Shown one piece after another: positions 18,241-28,600 of a DNA stretch of 64,000 nt; the first letter of the stretch is position 1, and every line of letters starts with the position of its first letter. The stretch is taken from IMG/VR virus record IMGVR_UViG_3300005337_000003, positions 1 through 64,000 of that record; one strand, written 5' to 3'. Source of the DNA: a virus. The position numbers and the translations under genes were made by a program. Below the pieces are notes generated by a model. The model saw only the letters and a program-made list of their open reading frames with translations. It had not been told where the DNA came from and did not search any database.

Positions 18241-21200
18241 TTAATGATCGCTCATTTGAGCATTCCGGATCGCAATCACCGGATCCAGGTTTGATGAGCT
18301 GAGCCCTAATATCTTACCCAGGTGATTCCACAACTTTAAACTGTCTTCGTCTTGCCACCTGTAGGCGCCAATCCGCTTTTGATAACGGGCTTTTTCATTA
18401 CCGGTAGTCATATACCAAAGATCATTAATTACATCCGAGCCGGAAGATAAAGTTGGGCCGAATACGACAGCCTTTATATCAAGCATGTCTTTGTAGTTGC
18501 CGAGTCCTAATCCGGGCCATGGCAAAAACTGATCATTCTCTGTCTTAAACGCGAGGAGTTGATAGAGCGCATGATTTGACACCCAGCCTCCAAAGGAGAA
18601 CGGCCTGCCCTTATCGTCGATTGTTATACCCGGGATCTGAAGAGCATCTGACTTAGCTTTTAGCTTCTTGAAACGGTCCTTGTCCTCCGGGTCAAAACCA
18701 AAAAGGTATGGGATCAGTAATGAGTAGATAAGCATCAGCGTACCAAGTTCCGTCATGACACGCATAAATGCAGCTTTTTCTTCAGCCTTCATATACGGCA
18801 GATTCTTGCCTCCGTTGCGAATGCTATCCCACAGCAGGTTGGCAAATGTAATGTACCAGCCCTGTTTTGTATTGCTCAGCGAGTAATCATACCGGTTCAC
18901 CGCGAACCTGTTCACCAGCATGCTGGTCAGAAAGCGGCGAAAAAAGCTGATATACCTAAAGGCTAAATAGCGGTCTGCCTCCGGCCTGAATTCCCGAGAC
19001 ATAGCACCGTTCAAGTTGTCAGATACCCTCTGAAACTCCAGGCGCTTCTCAATGAATTTCTTACCAACGACCTGGTTACCATCCTTATCATAGGTAATGC
19101 CCCATTCGGCAGGTACTGATGCTTTTGTCTGGATCTTACCATCCTTATTGATCTCCCAGGCATCCTTATACATGATGTTTGATCCATCGGACAAGAGAAT
19201 ACGTTGGGTGCGTAGCATACCGTATAATACCTGGATATTGGATTGCAGCTGCGTGGTGCGGCGGAAATCATTCATGCGACCCAGTATTCCCCAGGTATAA
19301 TCTTTTTGCACCGTCCTGGTGAGAGATTCGCCGTAACTATGGGCAAAACGGTCCCGCTCAGGGTCGAATATTTCCACCATCTGGAAGCCTAGTGATTTAG
19401 GCTCTGACTTGTAGATCTCTGTCATTATCTCAAATGTCACCTGGGAGGCATCATACTCGGCAGCGATAAAGTCCTTCCAGCGCATATGCTTGCCTGCAGA
19501 GGATTCGATCATCCCCTGAAACTTGGCCGACACAGCATTCTTAATCGCAGACGGAATATTAAGATTCAAGAAAGCGCCGGAAGCTGATTTGAACAGCAAG
19601 TTAGAGAAGTTCTGAATAGCCGGATTATCCGAGCCCCAGCCCTTATTCTCCACACCCTCCAGCATCCGTTCCACCAGGTTGTTCACGGCCTTGGCCCTCA
19701 TGTACTGGTCTTTCCTGCGGTTAGGATTAACGATCGTGTTATTCTTGAGCATGCGCTGGTAAAGCGGGGAATTGCGTTCATTGTTGAGTACCTGCTGGGT
19801 AGCACGGGCAACCGGGCTGATCTTGTGTAAAGTTCTGCTGCGCTCAGCTGAGTATGAATACCTAAGCATCGTATAGATCGCATCCGTTGACACCTCATCG
19901 ACAGGTATATCACTCAAGCCGGATATAGGAATACCTGAAGTATCGTCATCAAACATATCGACCGTGATCAGCTGCTTTGTGTCCTCGAAATTAAATCCAT
20001 GATCCCAGGAATCCCTAGCTTTCTGCCAGAAGGTCTTGGCCTTGTAGATCAGACGCTTCAGCAAGTTTCCTGATTGTAGCTTTTCGACCCCCCTTTTTTC
20101 GTACCGTGGCATATCCATCCAGAGCTTCTGACGGTCGGGTAAACCTACCTGATTTTCCACATGCAGCTGCTTCATTTTCTCAAGTAACTTAAAGGTGGAC
20201 GGATCAGACTGCTTTAGCCTTTCGTAGTCCTTATTGATGTAGCGGTCATCCGGTGCGCCTTGGGCTGCGGTGCGAGGTAACCAACGGCCCCGGTTATCGG
20301 CATTAACCCCAACCTCCTGCTTTACCCGGTAGGAGTCCTTGAGTAGCTTCTTGTAGTAACGCATGGAAGGAACCGCCTTGATGGGTACCGCATTACCATT
20401 TAAGTCTTTTACCGAGGAGTGCTCATAATGCTTATCCTGCAGGGGACGGATCACACTCCAGGCAGCCGTCCGGCGCCAGGTAGTATAATCCTCCGCTGTT
20501 TCATAGGAGAAGCTGTTTTTAGATGTGTGATTGCGTATGAACCAATCCTCAAAATCAGGACTAGCTCTCATTAATTGCTGAATATCAATATCGTTAATAA
20601 CCGTAAGATCCTCTGCTTCCAATTCGTATTTGTTGAATATACTGTAGACAACCGTAGGGTCCATAGCTGCCAGCAGATCGTTGAATGTATCCACATAGGC
20701 GTCAGTCGGCAGTTTATACTGGAGCTCGTCCAGCTCGTTGAATAGTGAGAATAGCTCCGCCCGTTCCACACTATCCAGCCCCATCGATCGCTGTTTATCA
20801 AATAACCTGGAAAGTCGTAGTTGTTCGTCGTTAGTTAGACCTGAACGGGCATTCTTAGCTAGTAACGTATGCATCTCATCGGATTCCTGTTTAGTGAGCC
20901 CTGAGAGGTTATTTAGCTGTTCCCGGGCTGCTGATAGCCGTTCCTCGGCATCGTGGATACGTTGCTGCTTTTCCGGAGTCATTTCGGTGCCCTGGGGTTG
21001 GCCTGATTCATCCCGGCTGGCCTTTAGTAGATCCTGGATCAACTTGGAATCTTCCTCTACCTTTTCTGTTAATTTGCCCTGGTTAGGAATACGTTTCATG
21101 AGCTCCGCGATATCCTCATAGATCTCTTTACGCTCCTGCCAGAACTCATCTGTTACCTTGATACGCGTGTTCTTATCCAGCCAGCGATCCATTAATTCCT

Positions 21201-24200
21201 GGAAGCGGGGGTCTCCTGCTTTTTTACCTTCGTCGAGCAGTTTCTGTTCATAAGCCGAATAGGCAGCCTGGAAAGCCCCAGGAATTTCCAGGGATTCATA
21301 CATATCGCGGCTGGCCTCCTGGTATTGCTGGATGCGCTCCGCGATATCGAATTCACGGCCAATTTTTGGCTGGCCCACAGCGTCGTATAAAGAGGACAAC
21401 TGTCTTAGTTCCCGCTGGATGGCCTCAGCTTGCTCTATTGCTTCCAACACATCTTCCGAAGATGCTGCAGCTATCTGACCGCTGACCTGGTTAAGCCGGT
21501 CGTATACGTCATTCATGGCCATACGGGCCTCTTTGCCTATCTCGTCCTTTTTGAAAAGATCCTGGGCTTTATAAAACTCTTCTGTGAATTCAGTGTGAAA
21601 GTATTTACGCCTATGCTGCTCCCATTCGGACTGGGTATCGGCCAGGGTTTGTTTATCCTGTAATGATCCTGTCTCGTGGTATTTTAGGGATGCCTGCCGG
21701 ATCTTGCTTAAGTATTGAGCACGAGCCAGATCAGCCCCCTGGAATTGGTTTAGGAATCTCCAGACCTTTTTCTCAGTCAATTCGCCGGTATTCTCATCCA
21801 CCACACCAACAGTCTCGATAAAACCTAGGCGTTCCCCGGATTCAGCTGGCTTATTCATATTGATATCAGCGTCGTCCAGCAAGGGCTTAAGCTGGATGGC
21901 CATTTCATTGTATCGTGCCTGGGCCTTTACTTCCATTTTGGAATACTCCTGCAACATATAAGTAGCCAATCCCCCCACTACAGGATCAGGGTTATAGGCA
22001 TAGCTTTCCAGGAATGCACCAGCCATATTCACATCCTTTAGTTTACCCTGTAATGCCTGGGATAGTTTCTCAGGTGTAAGCTTTTCCTCAGCATATTCCT
22101 TCTCAGCCTCCGCTATGACTTTGGCTGAGGCCTTCTTGGCTTTCAGCTCATTGATCCGGGATTGCCATTTCTGATCGATATTTTCGGCAGTGCCTTTGAT
22201 GGTGCTCCAGAGAGCCTTATGTGTAGCTTTCTCGTAAAATTTATCGAGCAAACTCTCGGTACGACGGATATTATCATTTATGGAGCTTATTGCCTTGATA
22301 TTTTTTACACCATTGGCTTCCAGCGTCTCATAAGCCTGATTAACAAAACCTCCCCAATAATTCATTACCTTCTGGAAATATAAAGCCTTCTGCACATTAT
22401 CAGGATCATTAATATCCTTCAATATGTTCTGCATTGCCTCGTGGATCTGTTGTGTCATATTATCAACAGTTCCCAGGCTATTAACAGCAGCCACTACACG
22501 TTGACGTGTCAGCTCCACTTCATCCTCTAAATCCTTAGTATGTTCAAGCAAAAGTGTCTGGTAGGAAGATAGGTTGGATTTTATTGTTTCCAAGGCCCCG
22601 GTTTTTAGGCGATTTTTGAGTATATCTGCCAGTTCTCCGAGGTCGGGCCGATGAGATACATTATAAAGGCCCTTGGCTGCTTTTTTATAGAAATCATTAA
22701 CTAGGTCTTCTATTTCCTTCGCATTCGCGTTCTGGGCTACAAATCCTCTTAAAGAACGATCGTAATCTTCCTTGTATGTGACCATTTCCTTGTCGCTCAT
22801 TATCTCTGGATCCAGTTGGAATACTCCCCCTTCTTTTAATATATCACTTAGCTGCTCTAAGGTAGTGGACGGATTTATAGTCTCAGCTTTGATACCTGAG
22901 CCAAATACTTTCCTTAATACTTTACGGATCGCATACAGCAGGTTATCGATAAATTTCCTAAAGGCGTCAGTAGATTCAAGGCCTTGATTGTTTAGATCCT
23001 GGATGGCCGTTAGGCCCCTTACAAGCGCTTCTTCCTTGAAGAGGTCAGAGCTTTCATCCAGGTTCGGGTAGAGTTGCCTCATGTCTTCCAGAATCTTAGC
23101 GCCTTCCTGGGTGGTAGTTAGTTTGGCGTACAGATTATCAAATAATTCACGGTTCTGTTTTGAGATAGCCCGTAGCAGGGGGTGTACAAATTCGTGTAGT
23201 ACGTCATCAGGTGTTATGGCGCTGCCGACAAAATAGACCGAATCCTTGTAGAAGAAGGCGCTCTGTCCATTCCAGGGATTTGGACTGCCTTTAGTAATAT
23301 CTGCAGCCTCTTCGGGCGTGATTGTCTGGTAGTCTACTCCCAGCTGTGTCTTTAAAGCATCCGCATATTTACGGATCATTTCCTGGGAGTAATTCTTCCT
23401 TGTATCTTCTGCAGATAGATAGGTATCTGATCTGCCCAGGTTTTTGAAAGCTATAAATTCTGTTGCGTGTTTGGGATCTATTAATACCTCATTCCAGTCG
23501 TTACCATGCTCATCTGTGGTTTTTGTGGGTTTGAAGCCTTGTTTTTTCAGGATATTGGTTATGGTTTCGTCGTAGAATTTATAAATAGGCCTTAAAGCAG
23601 CAAATCCTTCAGTTTCTGCTCTCTTTAATTCTAGTTTAATTTGGTTTATTTCATTAAGTACATTTTTTTTCTCTTGTTGTAAAACTAATTGAGCTTCTTC
23701 CTTTGTAGGTTTTATAGCTATAAGCTCATCTGTATAACCTAATCTATAAACTCTCCATTCTTTAATGAAATTTCCATTTTCATCTAGTGCGGGTTCATCT
23801 GCTAAGAATCCTTCTTTTGTACCTTCTTTTATATCAAATACTACATTATTTAAATTATTAAGTCGATCTTCTTTATGTCTTCTAAATTCTTCTAATGTGG
23901 TATGTCCTTCAATTTTACTAATAGTGTCTCCCAATGGAAATAGAACCTTCTCATAACCCTTCTTAGCAGAATCTTGCATAATAGATTTAATAAAGAATGA
24001 TACCCAGTTATTGTCTTTGTTTAGAAGTTGAAGAAAATTATTTTTCTCATGATTAATTTCTGGACCTAATCCTTTCCTTTCATTTGTTAAAAAATCAATA
24101 TTTCTACCTTTCTGAAATAGATCAGATTGTACTTCAAGTATTCTACGACTCTTAGAATTAGATATTAATTCATTTTTTCCTACAAATCTATTCTCATCAG

Positions 24201-25284
24201 GATAGTGAGCTTGTTCATCACTTCTAAACCATCCCATGCCCTCAGAAGTAGAAAATCCGGCATGCCCCTGAATACTCGGAGTAATTCCGGGAATCTTAAT
24301 TTCATTCTCAGTGTAGTTAATTCCCCCAAGCACCGTCATGTTAGCATAGTTGTCACTATTCACCTCTATAGAGCTTATGTTGAATTCTTCTCTGGCCTGT
24401 GCTATTGCATCATCTAATTTCATACCCCCCTCTCCTAGCTCTTCCACTCGCTTTTGATAGCTAATCATTACTCCAAGTCCATGGGCCTCGGGACCTGGCA
24501 GGCTTTTTTTGACTGTATTTATCTCAATAGTATAACTATAGTCAGCTAGTAAGCTGGTAAGCAAGTTCTCCCTATTGTATGGATTTTCCACCTGCAGGCT
24601 TTTGAGGATTTCCACTTGTTCTTTGGGAATTTGCAGATCCTGATTAAGCTTGTTCCAGAACACATCATCCCGCCACTGGTTCTTGTCTGCTTTTTTGAAC
24701 CAGTCTATTGCCTGCTGGGAGGCTAATATAAATGAAGCCTTCAGCCCGTATTTAATAGCTTTTTCGTTTTTATATGCAACAAACTCCGGACTTATACTGG
24801 TAGGCGAAGGTAGGCGATTAGCATCATAATTAGCTGCTTGTTGACGTTCCTGCTTGGCAGCTGTGTCCAGCCTACCTTTCTCCTGCCATACCTTCCAGGT
24901 AAAATTATCTGACTGGCCTACCTGCTTCCTTTCAAAGCGCAGCACCTTATTGATATCTTTCCTGGCGTACTCGTTGTTTTTTATCCCGATCTGCTTCATG
25001 ATGATCTGCGCCTGGGCATCGGATATCTGGGATTTAGGGACAGCGCGGCCTAGTTCTTTGAAGAATTGTGCTTTAGTAATTGGTATAATCCTGGAAGCTA
25101 AATCAGAACTAGTAATAACCACAGGGCCTATCAGACCGTAAAATTCATCAGGCGTAGGAAAACGGTCAGTTATCCCCTTATGAGTTTGCCATACACCTAT
25201 CTTGGCAGCTACAATGGCAGGATGCAAATCAAACTGATCTGCCAGTTTAATTACCTCGAAGTGGTTTATATTTATACAATTCAT
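18241..25284 (-). CDS. Giant virion cargo protein (2347 aa) with a zincin-like HEFVH motif and a C-terminal hydrophobic helix
   Basis: Uninterrupted ORF; lies after the vRNAP as in crAss-like phages; HEFVH at 23182-23196; hydrophobic LGTLMLIYSLLIPYLFG near the C-terminus. Confidence 0.85.
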   Translation of the reverse strand: MNCININHFEVIKLADQFDLHPAIVAAKIGVWQTHKGITDRFPTPDEFYGLIGPVVITSSDLASRIIPITKAQFFKELGRAVPKSQISDAQAQIIMKQIGIKNNEYARKDINKVLRFERKQVGQSDNFTWKVWQEKGRLDTAAKQERQQAANYDANRLPSPTSISPEFVAYKNEKAIKYGLKASFILASQQAIDWFKKADKNQWRDDVFWNKLNQDLQIPKEQVEILKSLQVENPYNRENLLTSLLADYSYTIEINTVKKSLPGPEAHGLGVMISYQKRVEELGEGGMKLDDAIAQAREEFNISSIEVNSDNYANMTVLGGINYTENEIKIPGITPSIQGHAGFSTSEGMGWFRSDEQAHYPDENRFVGKNELISNSKSRRILEVQSDLFQKGRNIDFLTNERKGLGPEINHEKNNFLQLLNKDNNWVSFFIKSIMQDSAKKGYEKVLFPLGDTISKIEGHTTLEEFRRHKEDRLNNLNNVVFDIKEGTKEGFLADEPALDENGNFIKEWRVYRLGYTDELIAIKPTKEEAQLVLQQEKKNVLNEINQIKLELKRAETEGFAALRPIYKFYDETITNILKKQGFKPTKTTDEHGNDWNEVLIDPKHATEFIAFKNLGRSDTYLSAEDTRKNYSQEMIRKYADALKTQLGVDYQTITPEEAADITKGSPNPWNGQSAFFYKDSVYFVGSAITPDDVLHEFVHPLLRAISKQNRELFDNLYAKLTTTQEGAKILEDMRQLYPNLDESSDLFKEEALVRGLTAIQDLNNQGLESTDAFRKFIDNLLYAIRKVLRKVFGSGIKAETINPSTTLEQLSDILKEGGVFQLDPEIMSDKEMVTYKEDYDRSLRGFVAQNANAKEIEDLVNDFYKKAAKGLYNVSHRPDLGELADILKNRLKTGALETIKSNLSSYQTLLLEHTKDLEDEVELTRQRVVAAVNSLGTVDNMTQQIHEAMQNILKDINDPDNVQKALYFQKVMNYWGGFVNQAYETLEANGVKNIKAISSINDNIRRTESLLDKFYEKATHKALWSTIKGTAENIDQKWQSRINELKAKKASAKVIAEAEKEYAEEKLTPEKLSQALQGKLKDVNMAGAFLESYAYNPDPVVGGLATYMLQEYSKMEVKAQARYNEMAIQLKPLLDDADINMNKPAESGERLGFIETVGVVDENTGELTEKKVWRFLNQFQGADLARAQYLSKIRQASLKYHETGSLQDKQTLADTQSEWEQHRRKYFHTEFTEEFYKAQDLFKKDEIGKEARMAMNDVYDRLNQVSGQIAAASSEDVLEAIEQAEAIQRELRQLSSLYDAVGQPKIGREFDIAERIQQYQEASRDMYESLEIPGAFQAAYSAYEQKLLDEGKKAGDPRFQELMDRWLDKNTRIKVTDEFWQERKEIYEDIAELMKRIPNQGKLTEKVEEDSKLIQDLLKASRDESGQPQGTEMTPEKQQRIHDAEERLSAAREQLNNLSGLTKQESDEMHTLLAKNARSGLTNDEQLRLSRLFDKQRSMGLDSVERAELFSLFNELDELQYKLPTDAYVDTFNDLLAAMDPTVVYSIFNKYELEAEDLTVINDIDIQQLMRASPDFEDWFIRNHTSKNSFSYETAEDYTTWRRTAAWSVIRPLQDKHYEHSSVKDLNGNAVPIKAVPSMRYYKKLLKDSYRVKQEVGVNADNRGRWLPRTAAQGAPDDRYINKDYERLKQSDPSTFKLLEKMKQLHVENQVGLPDRQKLWMDMPRYEKRGVEKLQSGNLLKRLIYKAKTFWQKARDSWDHGFNFEDTKQLITVDMFDDDTSGIPISGLSDIPVDEVSTDAIYTMLRYSYSAERSRTLHKISPVARATQQVLNNERNSPLYQRMLKNNTIVNPNRRKDQYMRAKAVNNLVERMLEGVENKGWGSDNPAIQNFSNLLFKSASGAFLNLNIPSAIKNAVSAKFQGMIESSAGKHMRWKDFIAAEYDASQVTFEIMTEIYKSEPKSLGFQMVEIFDPERDRFAHSYGESLTRTVQKDYTWGILGRMNDFRRTTQLQSNIQVLYGMLRTQRILLSDGSNIMYKDAWEINKDGKIQTKASVPAEWGITYDKDGNQVVGKKFIEKRLEFQRVSDNLNGAMSREFRPEADRYLAFRYISFFRRFLTSMLVNRFAVNRYDYSLSNTKQGWYITFANLLWDSIRNGGKNLPYMKAEEKAAFMRVMTELGTLMLIYSLLIPYLFGFDPEDKDRFKKLKAKSDALQIPGITIDDKGRPFSFGGWVSNHALYQLLAFKTENDQFLPWPGLGLGNYKDMLDIKAVVFGPTLSSGSDVINDLWYMTTGNEKARYQKRIGAYRWQDEDSLKLWNHLGKILGLSSSNLDPVIAIRNAQMSDH

Positions 25285-25637
25285 TTTAAAAATCTCAACT
25301 TGTACTCAACACCATAAATAAACTCAAGGATATTATCAATCAGTTGCTGAATATATCCTTCTGTTTGGGTGGATCTATATTCCTTTATAGCAATGCATTG
25401 TTTACGTAAATATCCCACCATGTCAATGCCTTCCTGTATCGGTATACTTTTATAGCCTTTGATTATGTCATACTGGCCTTGATATGCTTCACAAAAAGCA
25501 TCTCGAAGTTCTGGCATACCTTTATATAGCTCATCGAGAGCTGCATGCTGAGCAAATGAAGTTGTTTGGAGGTGCGCAATATGCCCCATTACTTCTATTT
25601 CGAATAATGCGCTTACGAATTCACTGGTGCTTTTCAT
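25281..25637 (-). CDS. Ferritin/Dps-like four-helix protein
   Basis: HIAHLQTTSFAQHAALDELY...DAFCEAYQG...YKLRFL pattern. Confidence 0.7.
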   Translation of the reverse strand: MKSTSEFVSALFEIEVMGHIAHLQTTSFAQHAALDELYKGMPELRDAFCEAYQGQYDIIKGYKSIPIQEGIDMVGYLRKQCIAIKEYRSTQTEGYIQQLIDNILEFIYGVEYKLRFLK

Positions 25638-25638
25638 G

Positions 25639-28600
25639 TTATAAACAGTCTATTAGTTGTTTAGTTTCTTCCTCGGAAAGAGAGTCGAATTGTTCTTTGG
25701 TTAGGTCCGGATATTTTTGAAGAATGGCAGTGTGGTGCCTTTCCCATAAGTCAACCTCATTGTCGGCTGAATCTGAATATTCCAATTCGGGTAATTCCAA
25801 CTGTTGATCTTCCGTGCCCAATTTTTCCCTATCTATCCTATCATTTATCATATAATCCTTGAACCGGTTACGGTCCGAAATATCTGAATTAACGACCAGG
25901 AACTTACCGGCAAATTCCGCCAGGTATTTAGCGTCAATAGTTTTACCCAACCTTTGCACATCCTCCCCTATCAACCTCTGGATCCTTTGTACCGGGATCA
26001 CCCGGGCAAATGAGAAAGGATTACGGGTATTAGGCCCTGATTGCATATACAAGTATAGTGGTAATTTTTTAAAGAATGTGGCAATATAATCCGCATCTTT
26101 CTGATCAATGCCTGAAATTTTCAACAATTCATTAGAATTAGCCAACTGCTTGAGGTTCTGGTGGAATCTATCTACCTCGGCTGAAGATAACTTGGTTGTT
26201 GATAGCATTAAGTTAGTTAGTCCAGACGAAGTAGACTGCTTAATATTACCCAGTATAGAAAACTGGGTCTTCAACTGAGGGTATTTAAACAACAACGCTT
26301 CATATTTAGCAGCCACATTCCTTGGCGCTTTAAGTAATTGATAGGGACTGAATATATCAAACAAGGCCTGCTCATTCAGCCATTCCTTATAACTCTTCTC
26401 ACGCATCCGGATATCAAAATCCACATCGGTTTCGTCAGATAACCTAATATTATCAGTGGCCTTATTCTGCGACAGGATATCCTGGTAATCGAAATTATCA
26501 ATTATCGAATCCATCGGATACATGCCTTTGAGTTCATCCCGTTTATCAACAAAGTAAGCACGTTCATTATCGCTGGAGAATTCAACGCCCTCAGCATCCT
26601 CTACTGAAGCAATAGCCTTGTCATAACCTCGTAACTTTTGTTGGAAGATATAATAGATCAGGTCGCTCTTGAAAACCCGGGCGGTCTGCACCGGATCCCC
26701 ACCAAATAGCCCTTTAGCTTCGCTATCCTGCATAAAGTTAAAGAGAAACTTATTCAGCTCTGGATTGTTAAGCAGTGTCATCAATCTTCCGAAGACATCC
26801 GTTACGAATTTGTGCACGTAGAATGGCCCTATTGCTGAGTTATTAAGGATTGATTTAACGTATTTGTCAGAAATTAACGTGTTTTGCTCGGCATCCTCTA
26901 TTTCCTGGGTCTTAGCTGCGAATTCAAACACAGTCTGTGCTTTGTTAGTGTCTACATTAAAGGCCCGCTGCAATTTATCCAATCCTGCCACTATATTCTC
27001 AATTTCCAGGAAATGTAGGAATACAGCCAGGTCCGGATTACGGACAACAGCTTTCTTAATAGGCTTATCAAAGTCTTTAACTCCTTCAGGATCCTGCCTG
27101 TATTCGTCCAGTGCAGCATTCAGCGCCTGTGATAGCGGTAACTTACCTCCCTTATCCGGATGGGTAAGCAACGTGAACTTACGGTGCAGGAATTTAACCT
27201 CTTCGGGGGATCCGGCATTTTGGAATAATCCCAGAACCCGCCGTTTGAATTCCTCGGGATCAATGTCGTTTTTGATATCGTCCTGGAGCGCACGAGCACC
27301 TCCAAAGCTCCTAAGAGGCTCGGCAGCTTTAGTTTCACCAGAAGCAACCTGATTACCCATTAAGTCAGTAATATCGGTAATGCCTTCGGTGTAGATCAAC
27401 GCCAGCTCTGCCAGATCACCCGGCTTTGGCTTAATGATTCCGAATCTGCGCAGTATATTACGCTGGGCTGGGCGTCGATAATTCCTGTAATTGCCCGCAG
27501 CTCCAAATATTCCACCTACAGGGCTTTTTTGCAGTCGTTGCTGTTTAACATATTCCTGGATGATCGGGTGCCTGAGAAAGGTTACGGCCTTTTTCAGGGG
27601 GACTCCGGATCTAACCAGAAACAGCAAAACCGGGGCTAGTTCCTTATTGCCCTGTATATAGCTGATCCAGTCATCCTTCTCCACATCAACCCAGCCATTG
27701 ATCAGCTGGCTGACCACCTCCGATATGGAGTTGCCATCAGTGTCTTTAAGTCCGGAAAGCGATATACCTCCAGGTGTGGAATTGTGAGGCATAAGTATGG
27801 TAGCACGACCTGCATCAAAGCTTGGTGCCAATTCCAGGCCGATCGCTTGCGACACGGCATTGAATGTATTATTAATAGCACCAATCCCAAGGGCATCCTT
27901 ACCCACAGAGTTAGCTTGCTGCACCTCGATACTACGCAAGGGCTCATACATTCGGGTGCCCTGGTTATTATGCTTCTGATCCCCGCGTATTCCCTCAGCG
28001 ATGGGCTTGGCTATATCCACGTCATTAGGTCGTACCAGGTTTTCAAAATTGTCAGGCCTTTCCATCATGGCCCGCATGGTCTGGATAATGTTATTCTCCA
28101 GCACGGGACTGCCATTCAGTTCCGAATAATACTCATCAAAAGGCTTTTTGCCCTGATCGCGCAATATGTCACGGATCTCATCATCAGTATAATCCAGATC
28201 CCAGTTAGCCCCAAATATATCGCCTAATAACTTATCGGCGGCAGCATCTTTCTTCCACTGTAATTTACCCTGGCTATTGATTAATTCGTCCTTCTGGATA
28301 GCTGTTTTTATAATCTCATCATGCAGCTGCTTGGCTTTTTTCTTAGAAATAGCTGAGGCGTATGTAGGCTCACCATCTACCATACGGATATGAGGCATAA
28401 GCATCGGCAGTTTGTCATAATCAAAGTCACCTCCGGTCTTGGCTGTGATCTCTGGCGGGGCCAGCAGTATATTACCTACATATTCAGGCAAAAACTCATA
28501 AACCTCTACAAAATCGGTGGAGTTAGGTCCCTGGGTGGGGACACGGGCACCCACCATCGTTACCATCTGCCGGTGATTATTCTCATCCAGCCATGCCTCA

